From Obrimoposthia wandeli (Eukaryota): DNA of 64,000 bases. The position numbers and the translations under genes are program-made. Below, piece by piece: positions 40,215-51,290 of the stretch. The notes under the pieces are model-generated. The model searched no databases and was not told where the DNA came from. It was given only the letters and a program-made list of their open reading frames with translations. The stretch is taken from positions 1,736,001-1,800,000 of the forward strand of contig CDROCS010000506.1 in assembly GCA_977020255.1 (NCBI GenBank). The letters are read 5' to 3'. Each line of letters opens with the position of its first letter. Position 1 is the stretch's first letter.

Positions 40215-42872
40215 TTATGCGTATAGAGGGTTTATTTTGTCAGCGTCGATATCGAATTTTGCAATTGCATCAACAACAACTTTATTATCAATCTCGCCTT
40301 TCTTAACTAATTCAGATAATGCAGCAACAACTACGTATTGCGCGTTAACTTCGAAATGACGACGTAAGTTTGCACGGCTGTCTGAACGACCAAAACCGTC
40401 AGTACCAAGCACTTTGTATGAAGTCGGCACGTATGCACGCGCTTGTTCAGCATAGTTTTTGATATAATCTGTCGCGGCAATCGCAGGTGCATCACTCATT
40501 AGTGTAGTGATGTACGGTACTTTTTGCTCTGCTTCAGGGTGTAACATGTTGTAACGTTCAACATCTTGACCATCACGTGCAATTTCATTGAATGAAGTTA
40601 CAGAGAATACGTCAGAACCAATACCATAGTCTTCACTTAAGATACGAGCCGCTTCGCGCACTTGCATCATGATAGTACCAGAGCTTAGTAATTGAACTTT
40701 AGCTGTTTCGCCAGTATAAGTTTCTAACTTATACATACCTTTACGGATACCGGCTTCAGCACCTTCAGGCATTGCATGGTGAGCATAGTTTTCATTCATC
40801 AATGTGATGTAGTAGAAAACATTTTCTTGCTCGCCGTACATACGACGTAAACCATCTTGTAATACAACAGCAACTTCATACGCGAATGTTGGGTCATAAG
40901 ACACACAGTTCGGAATAAGGCCTGCTTGTACTAAGCTGTGACCATCTTCATGTTGAAGACCTTCACCGTTTAGTGTTGTACGACCAGCTGTAGCACCTAA
41001 TAGGAAACCACGAGCCATTTGATCGCCAGCCATCCATGCAGAGTCACCAATACGTTGGAAACCAAACATTGAATAGTAGATATACAGTGGGATCATAGGT
41101 ACGTCATTGGTACTGTATGATGTTGCCGCTGCAACCCATGAAGACATAGCACCTAACTCGTTAATACCTTCTTGAAGTACTTGGCCGCTAGTTTCTTCTT
41201 TGTAGTAAGAAACGATTTCGCGATCTTGAGGTGTGTATGTTTGGCCTTTAGGGTTATAAATACCAACTTGACGGAATAAACCTTCCATACCAAATGTACG
41301 CGCTTCATCGGCGATAATTGGTACGATGTTTTTGCCAATGCCTTTATGCTTAAGTAGCACATTTAGGGCACGAACATAAGCCATCGTTGTAGAGATTTCA
41401 CGTTTCTGCTCACCAAGTAGTACGCTGAAATCTTCAACAGTTGGAATATCCAATTTGCCAGAGAACTCAGTTTTACGCTGTGGTAAGTAGCCGTTTAATT
41501 CTTTACGACGTGCATGCATGTACTCGTGTTCAGGCGAACCTTCTTCAAGTGTTACATACGGTAATTCTAATAATTGATCATCAGATACAGGGATATCGAA
41601 ACGATCACGGAACTGCATAAGCGTATCCGATTTCATTTTTTTCACGCCATGCGCGATATTTTTACCTTCAGCTGCTTCACCCATGCCGTAACCTTTAACA
41701 GTTTTAGCTAGGATTACAGTTGGTAAACCTACAGTTGCTTTTGCTTTTGCATAAGCAGCGTATAGTTTACTAGTAGAATGACCACCACGTTTCAGTTCCC
41801 AAATTTGCTGGTCAGTCATATCTTTAACTAATTCAGCAGTTTCTGGGTAACGGTTAAAGAAGTGCTCACGTACGTAAGCGCCGCCTTTAGCTTTTAGCGT
41901 TTGGTAATCACCATCAACAGTTTCATTCATTAACTGTAGTAAACGACCAGAAGTGTCTTTAGCTAGTAGCTCATCCCACTCTTCGCCCCATACAACTTTA
42001 ATCACATTCCAACCAGCGCCTTTAAATAAGCTTTCTAGTTCTTGAATGATCTTGCCGTTACCCATTACAGGACCGTCAAGACGTTGTAAGTTACAGTTAA
42101 CAACAAATACTAAGTTGTCTAAACCTTCACGAGCAGCAAATGATAATGCGCCACGTGATTCAGGCTCATCCATCTCGCCATCACCTAGGAAAGCGTATAC
42201 AGTTTGATCTTCAGTTTGCTTAAGACCACGGCCATCTAGGTATTTCAAGAAACGAGCTTGATAGATAGCTGAGAATGGACCAAGACCCATAGATACTGTA
42301 GGGAACTGCCAGTATTCAGGCATCAACTTAGGATGTGGGTATGACGGGATACCTTTACCATCAACTTCTTGACGGAAGTTGTTTAGTTGATCTTCAGTTA
42401 AACGACCTTCAACAAATGAACGAGCGTAAATACCAGGAGAAATATGACCTTGGTAATAAACTAAATCGCCACCGTCTTTTTCCGTAGGAGCACGGAAGAA
42501 GTGGTTGAAACATACATCGTAAAGTGCAGCAGAAGACTGGAAAGATGCCATGTGGCCACCTAACTCTAAGTCTTTCTTAGATGCACGTAGTACGATCATT
42601 AAAGCATTCCAGCGGATAATCGAACGAATACGACGTTCTAGTTTCTCGTCACCTGGGTATGCAGGTTCGTCTTCAGTACGGATAGTATTGATATAATCCG
42701 TAGTGATGCCGCCTTTACCTAGGGCAACGCCGTCTTGATGTGCTTTTGCAATTACTTTTTCTAATAAATACTGCGCACGTTCAAGACCTTCTTCACGAAT
42801 TACTGATTCGATTGATTCTAGCCATTCGGTAGTTTCGATTGGGTCTACATCATGCTTTAAGATGTCGGACAT
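40215..42872 (-). CDS. aceE: Pyruvate dehydrogenase E1
   Basis: DVDPIETTEWL, GGHMASF, PTVSMGLG, GDGEMDE TPP motif, GEGLQH. Confidence 0.98.
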   Translation of the reverse strand: MSDILKHDVDPIETTEWLESIESVIREEGLERAQYLLEKVIAKAHQDGVALGKGGITTDYINTIRTEDEPAYPGDEKLERRIRSIIRWNALMIVLRASKKDLELGGHMASFQSSAALYDVCFNHFFRAPTEKDGGDLVYYQGHISPGIYARSFVEGRLTEDQLNNFRQEVDGKGIPSYPHPKLMPEYWQFPTVSMGLGPFSAIYQARFLKYLDGRGLKQTEDQTVYAFLGDGEMDEPESRGALSFAAREGLDNLVFVVNCNLQRLDGPVMGNGKIIQELESLFKGAGWNVIKVVWGEEWDELLAKDTSGRLLQLMNETVDGDYQTLKAKGGAYVREHFFNRYPETAELVKDMTDQQIWELKRGGHSTSKLYAAYAKAKATVGLPTVILAKTVKGYGMGEAAEGKNIAHGVKKMKSDTLMQFRDRFDIPVSDDQLLELPYVTLEEGSPEHEYMHARRKELNGYLPQRKTEFSGKLDIPTVEDFSVLLGEQKREISTTMAYVRALNVLLKHKGIGKNIVPIIADEARTFGMEGLFRQVGIYNPKGQTYTPQDREIVSYYKEETSGQVLQEGINELGAMSSWVAAATSYSTNDVPMIPLYIYYSMFGFQRIGDSAWMAGDQMARGFLLGATAGRTTLNGEGLQHEDGHSLVQAGLIPNCVSYDPTFAYEVAVVLQDGLRRMYGEQENVFYYITLMNENYAHHAMPEGAEAGIRKGMYKLETYTGETAKVQLLSSGTIMMQVREAARILSEDYGIGSDVFSVTSFNEIARDGQDVERYNMLHPEAEQKVPYITTLMSDAPAIAATDYIKNYAEQARAYVPTSYKVLGTDGFGRSDSRANLRRHFEVNAQYVVVAALSELVKKGEIDNKVVVDAIAKFDIDADKINPLYA

Positions 42873-42912
42873 ATGAGATTCCTTACTAATTAGATCTCTA
42901 CAACGTTAAAGA

Positions 42913-42946
42913 AATATTCTTAAGCATCTTCATGTTTAAGAATATT
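42913..42946 (-). other. Intercistronic stem-loop between pdhR and aceE
   Basis: AATATTCTTAAGCAT / ATGTTTAAGAATATT, 14/15 complementary. Confidence 0.7.
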
Positions 42947-42957
42947 CATTAGTAACA

Positions 42958-43719
42958 CTATTTAGCTTGTTTTATACGGCGTGACGCACGATTAATGCGG
43001 CTATCTTCACGCCCAATATCGAGCAATGCTTGCTCGATATAAGCCAGATGGGCATGACATGCTTCTCTGGCCGTTTCTGGTTGTCGGTTAAGAATTGCAG
43101 TGAGCATATCACCGCGATGTTGGCTAATTTGTTCAACCACACCTTGACGCTTTTCCAACAACCTAAAATTTTGACAAATATTATCTTCTAACAATGGATT
43201 TAAACCACGCAAAAGATGCAGTAACACAATATTATGTGATGCCGCGGTAACCGCAATATTAAACGCACTAACCGCTTGCGCTTGTAATTTAGGATCTTGT
43301 GCTACTTCCGATGCCGTTATAGCATCCAGCGCAACACGTAATTGCTGAAAGTCGGTTTCAGTACCACGCAACGCGGCGTAATAAGCTGAAATGCCTTCTA
43401 AGGCATGACGAAATTCAAGTAGATCCAATTGCGCTTCTGGGTGTGTCGTCAATAATTGAAATAGCGGTTCCATCAGTGTTTGGTCCATGACCTTCTTCAC
43501 CCATGTACCACGTCCTTGACGACGCTCCAATAAACCTTTGCTTTCCAAACGTAGAATTGCATCGCGTACAGTTGGGCGAGAAACCTCTAACTGCAGGGCT
43601 AAATCACGTTCTGAAGGTAAGCGCTGGCCAGATTCTAAACTACCTTCCAAAATCATTTGCTCTAGTTGTTCTGCTATTGCATCAGACAACTTCGGCGGCT
43701 GAATTTTTCGATAGACCAT
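42958..43719 (-). CDS. pdhR: Pyruvate dehydrogenase complex repressor PdhR (GntR/FadR family)
   Basis: GQRLPSERDLA...VSRPTVRDA HTH, RRQGRGT, FCD domain; GAGG RBS before 43719; upstream of aceEF. Confidence 0.96.
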   Translation of the reverse strand: MVYRKIQPPKLSDAIAEQLEQMILEGSLESGQRLPSERDLALQLEVSRPTVRDAILRLESKGLLERRQGRGTWVKKVMDQTLMEPLFQLLTTHPEAQLDLLEFRHALEGISAYYAALRGTETDFQQLRVALDAITASEVAQDPKLQAQAVSAFNIAVTAASHNIVLLHLLRGLNPLLEDNICQNFRLLEKRQGVVEQISQHRGDMLTAILNRQPETAREACHAHLAYIEQALLDIGREDSRINRASRRIKQAK

Positions 43720-43744
43720 GTGAACCTCAAAATGACCAGTGGTA

Positions 43745-43761
43745 AATTGGTAAGACCAATT
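43745..43761. promoter_or_regulatory. PdhR operator (proximal)
   Basis: AATTGGTAAGACCAATT, identical to the E. coli PdhR box as recalled. Confidence 0.92.
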
Positions 43762-43988
43762 TAATATTAAGTCATGACAATTTACCAAAACCGCGTTCGA
43801 TTGTCATTAAAAATAGACATTTTTGTTGGTATTAATGCTGTTTAAATCAAAATAGTCAGTATTAATCAATCTAAATAAATGCATAAACCAAGCAGATTAA
43901 TAGGGTAATTACTCTTCAAGCCAGTTTAAACAACTAAAGCCTAAGCCTTAAACTGCAACAAACTACCCCCAAAGTGATAACCTTGTCA

Positions 43989-44005
43989 TATTGGTCTTAC
44001 CACTT
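43989..44005. promoter_or_regulatory. Second, distal PdhR operator
   Basis: TATTGGTCTTACCACTT, 15/17 to the reverse complement of the proximal box; 244 bp away. Confidence 0.7.
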
Positions 44006-44024
44006 AAGAGGATGTTTAAGCACA

Positions 44025-44056
44025 ATAAAGCATAGACCATTAAGCCTATGCTTTAT
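44025..44056 (-). terminator. Probable ampDE terminator
   Basis: ATAAAGCATAG-N10-CTATGCTTTAT perfect 11-bp stem. Confidence 0.65.
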
Positions 44057-44139
44057 CAAAAATAAGATGATTTCACTACACTAGATTATACTTCACGAAT
44101 CACTAAATACTGGTCGAATGATTATTCGACACAAATTAC

Positions 44140-44192
44140 ATTCGTATTAGATGCGTATTAGATATATTTAATACCTATTAGATACCTGTTAA
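44140..44192 (-). repeat. 9-11 nt tandem array beginning at the ampE stop
   Basis: Plus strand ATTCGTATTAG / ATGCGTATTAG / ATATATTTA / ATACCTATTAG / ATACCTGTTAA (last unit contains the stop); each unit carries TAA on the minus strand. Confidence 0.75.
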
Positions 44193-45037
44193 ATAATAGT
44201 ACCGTTAATGGTAAGGAGGGAAATAATTGTCACAAAGAAGGTAATATTACGTTTCGCGAGTTGCACTAAATAGCAGGTGTAATCATAACATTTATCAGTT
44301 TCGACGTTGGCTTTACTCGCGAGATATACCACCTTACCTAATAAATCAAATTCAGGCGTAGAGAAGTCACGCCAGCTGCGTAAACTCTGTGGTAGTGCCG
44401 CCTGTTCCTCAGCCACCAGCGCAAAACCAAACATGGTTAAGCGTGCCGGCAACCAATCAACAATACGCATAACCCGATGGATACCACTGCGATTTAACTG
44501 CTTACTGTGATGCTGAGTAACATATTTATGGTAACTACGCGCTACCACGTACAGCGTTAAACCAACAGGACCAGCGATGATAAAGTAAAAAATCACCGCA
44601 AAATAAAAACGGTAGTTAAGCCAAACTAGCTGTTGAGCGACAGCTTGAGTCAATAACGTCGCGCAAAAACGTTCACTATTTACATCTAAACAATTGGCAT
44701 ACATGCCCTTAGCTTCTAGATCATTACGACTTAGCGCTTTGAGATATTCGCGATAATCACGACGATAATCACTCCCACCAAAGCTCATCAATAATAAGAC
44801 TAGCCAAGTAAGGGTGGTAAAAATGCCATAATACAGACCCGCCAGTGCATCCAATAAGCTGTACATTAAGATAGCCGGTAACGTGATAATCACTAACGTA
44901 CCAAACAGACCAGCATTGATAAATGAAGGTAATAACGGGAACAGATAACGCTGCAGCACACTATCGAGCTGAAGTTTAGCGCTTAAATGCACCACTCGTT
45001 CAATCAGCAATGCCAGCAGCAGAGATATTAAAGCCAT
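44189..45037 (-). CDS. ampE: AmpE membrane protein
   Basis: MALISLLLALLIER, YRFYFAVIFYF..GP, DWLPARL; directly downstream of ampD. Confidence 0.88.
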   Translation of the reverse strand: MALISLLLALLIERVVHLSAKLQLDSVLQRYLFPLLPSFINAGLFGTLVIITLPAILMYSLLDALAGLYYGIFTTLTWLVLLLMSFGGSDYRRDYREYLKALSRNDLEAKGMYANCLDVNSERFCATLLTQAVAQQLVWLNYRFYFAVIFYFIIAGPVGLTLYVVARSYHKYVTQHHSKQLNRSGIHRVMRIVDWLPARLTMFGFALVAEEQAALPQSLRSWRDFSTPEFDLLGKVVYLASKANVETDKCYDYTCYLVQLAKRNITFFVTIISLLTINGTII

Positions 45038-45038
45038 A

Positions 45039-45611
45039 TTAAATGTCCTTCGAGTTTAAGCATGCAAAGTAATGTGTCCAGTCAAAATGTGGACCAGGAT
45101 CATCTTTACGGTTCGGGGCGATATCGCTGTGCCCAGTAATACGTGCTTGGGTGATTAATGGGTAGCGGATTTGTATTTCGCGGGTCACGGTTGTCAGGCA
45201 TTGATACTGGGCCGCGGTATAAGGATGATTAACATCCCCCTCTAACTCGATACCAATAGAAAAGTCATTACACCTGCCTTTACCTGCAAACTCAGAGAGT
45301 CCAGCATGCCAAGCGCGTTTAGCCAAAGGCACAAATTGGATCAAGCGACCATCTCGGCGTATGTACAAGTGTGCAGATACTCTGACCGAGATTAATTTTT
45401 GAAAATAAGGGTGCAGGCTACAGTCGAGCTTACCGAGAAAAAAATCTTCGACATAATCAGCGCCATATTGCTCAGGGGGTAAACTGATACAATGAATAAC
45501 TAATAAATCGATATCTACGTCAGTTGGGCGGTCATCAAAATGTGGCGATGATAAAAAATTAGCATTCGCTAATATTTCTGAATCTACTTGTCTATTTACC
45601 ACTGCCTTCAT
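45039..45611 (-). CDS. ampD: 1,6-anhydro-N-acetylmuramyl-L-alanine amidase AmpD
   Basis: SPHFDDRP, VIHCISLPP, RAWHAG, NDFSIGIELEG, GHSDIAPNRKDDPG. Confidence 0.96.
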   Translation of the reverse strand: MKAVVNRQVDSEILANANFLSSPHFDDRPTDVDIDLLVIHCISLPPEQYGADYVEDFFLGKLDCSLHPYFQKLISVRVSAHLYIRRDGRLIQFVPLAKRAWHAGLSEFAGKGRCNDFSIGIELEGDVNHPYTAAQYQCLTTVTREIQIRYPLITQARITGHSDIAPNRKDDPGPHFDWTHYFACLNSKDI

Positions 45612-45640
45612 ACCTTCTGACTATAATCGGGGTTAACTAC

Positions 45641-45822
45641 TATGCAAGACTACTGTTTGCAATAACGACTAGTTACAATAGCGGCTAGTTACAATAGATC
45701 TACTTTACAATGATATCGTTAGCAATAACATAGTTACATCGGTAAAATACAGCCCTGAGCCAGTAAAATATAGCCCTAAGTCAGTCACTGAGCCAGCAAA
45801 GTGCTAAGCCAGTAAACTAACC
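45641..45822 (+). repeat. Two consecutive degenerate tandem arrays (16-nt then 21-nt units) in the ampD / protease divergent region
   Basis: TTGCAATAACGACTAG / TTACAATAGCGGCTAG / TTACAATAGATCTACT / TTACAATGATATCGTT, then GTAAAATACAGCCCTGAGCCA / GTAAAATATAGCCCTAAGTCA and shorter derivatives. Confidence 0.8.
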
Positions 45823-45854
45823 TATTTATCCTCGAAAAAGAATGGAGAAAGACA

Positions 45855-46361
45855 ATGGATGGAAATCAAAAAATTGCCAAAGCCATGACTTATATTGCTT
45901 GGATAAGTGGGTTAATTGTCATGACCCTATTCTTTAATAACTATTTATCCAACCAACAAAATCCCAATACGAACCCAGAGAGTTACCAACAAAACGGTAA
46001 TGCAGTGGTAATGCTGCAACAAAATCGCGCCGGACACTATGTTACTAATGGTTATATAAATGGTTATCAGGTAAAATTTTTACTCGATACTGGCGCCACA
46101 CAGGTATCAATACCGGCAAACGTCGCCGAACAGATCGGCTTAACCGCTGGCTATAGTCAATCAGTGAATACCGCTAATGGTGTGATTGACGTATTTTCAA
46201 CACGTTTAGATAGCTTATCGGTTGGTAAATTAACGCTTTACGACCTCAGTGCGAATATCAATCCTTATATGGATGGTGATACAATTCTGCTGGGTATGAA
46301 TGCATTGAAACAAGTTAAATTAGTCCAGCAAGGCAAAACCCTCACGTTAAGTGAATATTAG
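45855..46361 (+). CDS. Clan AA (retropepsin-like) aspartic protease with N-terminal TM
   Basis: QNRAGHY, FLLDTGATQVSIP, TANG, ILLGMNAL motifs. Confidence 0.9.
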   Translation: MDGNQKIAKAMTYIAWISGLIVMTLFFNNYLSNQQNPNTNPESYQQNGNAVVMLQQNRAGHYVTNGYINGYQVKFLLDTGATQVSIPANVAEQIGLTAGYSQSVNTANGVIDVFSTRLDSLSVGKLTLYDLSANINPYMDGDTILLGMNALKQVKLVQQGKTLTLSEY

Positions 46362-47344
<983 letters not shown>

Positions 47345-47345
<1 letters not shown>

Positions 47346-47373
47346 GCACTGCCACTTTACGGTAGTGCTTTTT
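47345..47373 (+). terminator. nadC terminator
   Basis: AGCACTGCC-N7-GGTAGTGCT plus TTTT. Confidence 0.8.
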
Positions 47374-47695
47374 ACATTTTAAATAAATAACCAAGCCGAA
47401 CTCTGCAAATAATATTAATACCTATCTCCTACCCACTATTCAGTCATTCATCTAGAAATAGTATTCTAATCACCGTATTTACACTTCAAATCCTCTAGTA
47501 ACATAATTTTTTATATCAACAAATCAAGCGATTATAGTGACGTATTGTCCTATAACTTGAACTTGATCGTTAAACTTATGTATACAAAATGTTAAATAAA
47601 CGTTTAAATCAATTCAACTCATCAGATGTCTCATACCATTTGATACCTTGTGATGAGCAAAGGACTATTTGGTAATTTTTATAAGGATATAAAAA

Positions 47696-48136
47696 ATGAA
47701 AGTACAACAAAAAGCACAGCAACAAGGTTTTACGTTAATTGAATTAATGATCGTCGTCGCGATCGTGGCTATTTTGGCTGGTGTAGGCATGCCTGCTTAT
47801 CAAAATTATACTGACCGAGCGAAATTTACAGAAATCGTAGCTGCAACAGGTCCAATCAAAACAGGAATTGAGCTTTGTGCTCAAATCGAAGGTATTACTA
47901 AATTCGAAAAGACGAATGCTGGTTGTGGCGTACTAGGTCAAAAAGGTATTCCATCAGCACCTGCAGGTTCAGCTGAATTAAAATCAATAGAACTAGATGT
48001 TAAATCAGATAAAGTGGTGATTACCGCGTCAAACAATGATGATACAGCGGTTACATACGAGCTCACTGGTACAGTAAGTCAAGGCCGAGTAACTTGGACA
48101 TCAGGCGGTGGTTGTGATGCTTTAGGTTACTGTTAA
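47696..48136 (+). CDS. pilA: Type IVa major pilin
   Basis: Class III signal QQG|[23 protein letters not shown], four Cys; AAGGA RBS. Confidence 0.95.
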   Translation: MKVQQKAQQQGFTLIELMIVVAIVAILAGVGMPAYQNYTDRAKFTEIVAATGPIKTGIELCAQIEGITKFEKTNAGCGVLGQKGIPSAPAGSAELKSIELDVKSDKVVITASNNDDTAVTYELTGTVSQGRVTWTSGGGCDALGYC

Positions 48137-48145
48137 TAACCCCTA

Positions 48146-49849
48146 ATGCAACACAAGCATAACGCTAGCGGCCTGGCTCACAGCCTGGTCGCACATTCAT
48201 ACCTCGCGGTAGAAGAAATCCCCCAACTTCTACAAAGCGCTAAACTGGAAGGTAAAGCCTTCACGACCCTACTCGTCGACAGTAATATCATCGACAGTCA
48301 GGTATTAGCCAAATTACTCGAGCGTGAATACGGCGTACCACTACTTGATTTAGATACTTTCAAACTCGAAGAGATCCCGAGCAACCTGCTCAATGAAAAG
48401 CTCATCGAAAAACACCATGCACTGCCTATCTATGTGCAAGGACAAACCTTATATCTGGCCATGTCCGATCCGACCAATGTCAGCGCATTAGAAGAGTTTG
48501 CCTTTAGCTTTAGTTTACATACCGAAGTATTACTGGTTGATGAACTGCAATTACAAAAAGCCTTAGAAGTCGTATTAGAAAATGACATTGATGCCCTAGG
48601 CGATCTTAACGATACCGATATCGGTGACTTGGAAGTTGATAATAGCGAATCACGCTTAGATCAAGAAAATAAAGACAGTAATGACGACGCCCCGATTGTT
48701 AAGTTTGTGAATAAGATCCTCTTGGATGCGATCAAAAAAGGCGCTTCGGATATTCACTTCGAACCCTATGAATTTAAATACCGTGTACGTTTTCGTATCG
48801 ATGGGATCTTACATGAAATGGTATCGCCACCGGTAAACTTAGCCATGCGTTTTTCAGCGCGGTTAAAAGTCATGGCACAACTGGATATTGCCGAGCGCAG
48901 AGTGCCACAAGATGGCCGTATTAAATTAAAGTTATCTAAAAACAAATCCGTCGATCTGCGTGTTAGCACCCTACCCACCATGTGGGGTGAAAAAGTGGTG
49001 ATGCGGATCCTCGATTCTAACCAAGCCAGCCTCAATATCGACATTCTTGGTTATGACGATAAACAGAAAGATCTTTACCTAAAAGCATTACAAAAACCAC
49101 AAGGCATGATCTTGATCACCGGCCCTACAGGGAGTGGCAAAACCGTTTCGTTATACTGCGGACTTAACATTCTAAACACCGTCGAACGCAACATATCCAC
49201 AGCCGAAGATCCTATCGAGATTAATCTATCTGGTATCAATCAAGTGCAGATCAACCTGAAAGCTGGGTTAACCTTCCCAACCGCATTACGATCGTTTTTA
49301 CGCCAAGATCCCGATGTAGTGATGGTCGGTGAGATCCGCGATATTGAAACCGCAGAGATTGCCATCAAAGCAGCGCAAACCGGACACTTAGTATTATCAA
49401 CATTGCATACCAATTCTGCTGCAGAAACCCTGACCCGTTTATCGAACATGGGTGTGCCCGCTTATAATATTGGCTCATCCGTTAGTTTGATCATAGCTCA
49501 GCGCCTAGGTCGTCGACTTTGCAATGAATGTAAACAGCCTGAAGATGTTCCGGCGATAGAATTAGCTAAGCTTGGCTTTAGCCAACAACAAATTGATCAG
49601 GGTATTACCACATTTAAAGCCATTGGCTGTAAGCAATGTACCAAAGGCTATAAAGGCCGTGTGGGGATCTATGAAGTAATGCCAATGTCAGACAAGATCG
49701 CTCGAATGATCTTAACCGGCAGTAACTCTCTGGAACTCGGCACACAAGCTCAGCAGGAAGGCATGGATACCTTACGCCAATCAGCATTACAAAAAGTGAT
49801 CGACGGCGTCACCAGTTTGCTTGAAGTCGAACGAATTACCAGTCATTAA
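48146..49849 (+). CDS. pilB: Type IV pilus assembly ATPase PilB
   Basis: [35 protein letters not shown], CxxC...CxxC zinc motif, GYKGRVG. Confidence 0.97.
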   Translation: MQHKHNASGLAHSLVAHSYLAVEEIPQLLQSAKLEGKAFTTLLVDSNIIDSQVLAKLLEREYGVPLLDLDTFKLEEIPSNLLNEKLIEKHHALPIYVQGQTLYLAMSDPTNVSALEEFAFSFSLHTEVLLVDELQLQKALEVVLENDIDALGDLNDTDIGDLEVDNSESRLDQENKDSNDDAPIVKFVNKILLDAIKKGASDIHFEPYEFKYRVRFRIDGILHEMVSPPVNLAMRFSARLKVMAQLDIAERRVPQDGRIKLKLSKNKSVDLRVSTLPTMWGEKVVMRILDSNQASLNIDILGYDDKQKDLYLKALQKPQGMILITGPTGSGKTVSLYCGLNILNTVERNISTAEDPIEINLSGINQVQINLKAGLTFPTALRSFLRQDPDVVMVGEIRDIETAEIAIKAAQTGHLVLSTLHTNSAAETLTRLSNMGVPAYNIGSSVSLIIAQRLGRRLCNECKQPEDVPAIELAKLGFSQQQIDQGITTFKAIGCKQCTKGYKGRVGIYEVMPMSDKIARMILTGSNSLELGTQAQQEGMDTLRQSALQKVIDGVTSLLEVERITSH

Positions 49850-49922
49850 CAGGTATCACATAGGCACGCCGTACTTTGTTTAACAAGGAACTTATCTTCC
49901 TCCATACGCTAAGGATAGCATC

Positions 49923-51173
49923 ATGGTCACAGCAACCAAAACAACCAGTCGCACCCCATCAGCCGTAAAAAAACGCTATCCATATCATTGGCAAGGCGTT
50001 AACCGTAAAGGTAAAAAAGTCAGTGGTGAAATACCAGCAGAAAGCATCAGTAACCTAAAAGTAGAATTACGCCGTCAGGGGATTAATGTTTTAAAAGCCA
50101 AACGTAAATCAACAGGATTATTTTCGGCTGGCAGTAAGAAAATTAAAGCCATGGATATTGCCGTCATTTCCAGGCAAATCTCCACCATGCTTAATGCCGG
50201 CGTGCCTTTAGTACAAAGTCTTGAGATCATTGCACGCAGTCATGAAAATCCTGCCATGCGTGTATTAATCGCTGAGGTAGCTGCCGAAGTCGCAACAGGG
50301 ACCACACTGTCAGACACCTTGCGTAAACACCCTCTTTATTTTGATGATTTATATTGTGACTTGATCAGCGCAGGCGAACAATCTGGTTCATTGGATACAA
50401 TTTATGATCGTATCGCCACCTATAAAGAAAAAGCCGAAGCGTTGAAATCTAAGATCAAGAAAGCCATGCTCTATCCAACAATGGTGGTCGCGGTCGCGGT
50501 TGTCGTCACGCTAATTTTATTGTTGTATGTCATTCCGCAATTCAAAGACATCTTCGCTAGCTTTGGGGCAGAATTACCGCCTTTCACCCTCTTTGTATTA
50601 TCTATTTCTGATTTTGTCAGTCAATTTTGGTATTTGGTGATCGGGGTATTATTTGGCATACCTGTTATTTACCTCAGAGCTAATAAACGTTCGATTAAAG
50701 TTAAACACATGACTGAACGTACTATCCTCACGATACCAGCTATCGGCCCCATTATGCATAAAGGCGCGATGGCTCGTTTTGCCAGAACGCTATCAACCAC
50801 CTTTGCCGCTGGTATTCCATTAGTAGATTCGCTGACCTCTGCTGCAGGTGCTTCGGGTAATATTATTTACAAAAATGCAGTAATGGAAATGCGTAATGAA
50901 GTGATCGCCGGATTGCAAATGCATATAGCGATGCGCTCAACCAATTTATTTCCTGACATGGTCACCCAGATGGTCATGATCGGTGAAGAGTCTGGTTCAC
51001 TCGATGATATGTTAGCCAAGGTCGCACACATTTATGAGCAACAAGTGGATGATGCCGTTGATGGGCTAACCAGTTTAATTGAACCCATGATTATGGTCGT
51101 ACTAGGTGTGGTGATTGGTGGTCTGGTGATTGCCATGTACCTACCTATCTTTGAAATGGGCAGTATTATGTAA
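49923..51173 (+). CDS. pilC: Type IV pilus platform protein PilC
   Basis: RQISTMLNAGVPL, GEQSGSLD, KAMLYP, GEESGSLD, LIEP, AMYLPIF. Confidence 0.96.
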   Translation: MVTATKTTSRTPSAVKKRYPYHWQGVNRKGKKVSGEIPAESISNLKVELRRQGINVLKAKRKSTGLFSAGSKKIKAMDIAVISRQISTMLNAGVPLVQSLEIIARSHENPAMRVLIAEVAAEVATGTTLSDTLRKHPLYFDDLYCDLISAGEQSGSLDTIYDRIATYKEKAEALKSKIKKAMLYPTMVVAVAVVVTLILLLYVIPQFKDIFASFGAELPPFTLFVLSISDFVSQFWYLVIGVLFGIPVIYLRANKRSIKVKHMTERTILTIPAIGPIMHKGAMARFARTLSTTFAAGIPLVDSLTSAAGASGNIIYKNAVMEMRNEVIAGLQMHIAMRSTNLFPDMVTQMVMIGEESGSLDDMLAKVAHIYEQQVDDAVDGLTSLIEPMIMVVLGVVIGGLVIAMYLPIFEMGSIM

Positions 51174-51290
51174 TTGATTGTCACAACCTGTGCATTGCTT
51201 GCCGCTTTAACAGCTTTTCAGTGGCTAGTTTGCTATCATCTTATTTCAATTAATATTTATCTCTTAATCTGATCTGTACAGGTAATTAAA

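Noticed and set aside
47400-47695. Sigma54 or CRP-S (competence) sites upstream of pilA
   Set aside because: No GG-N10-GC or TGCGA-N6-TCGCA match with acceptable spacing was seen.
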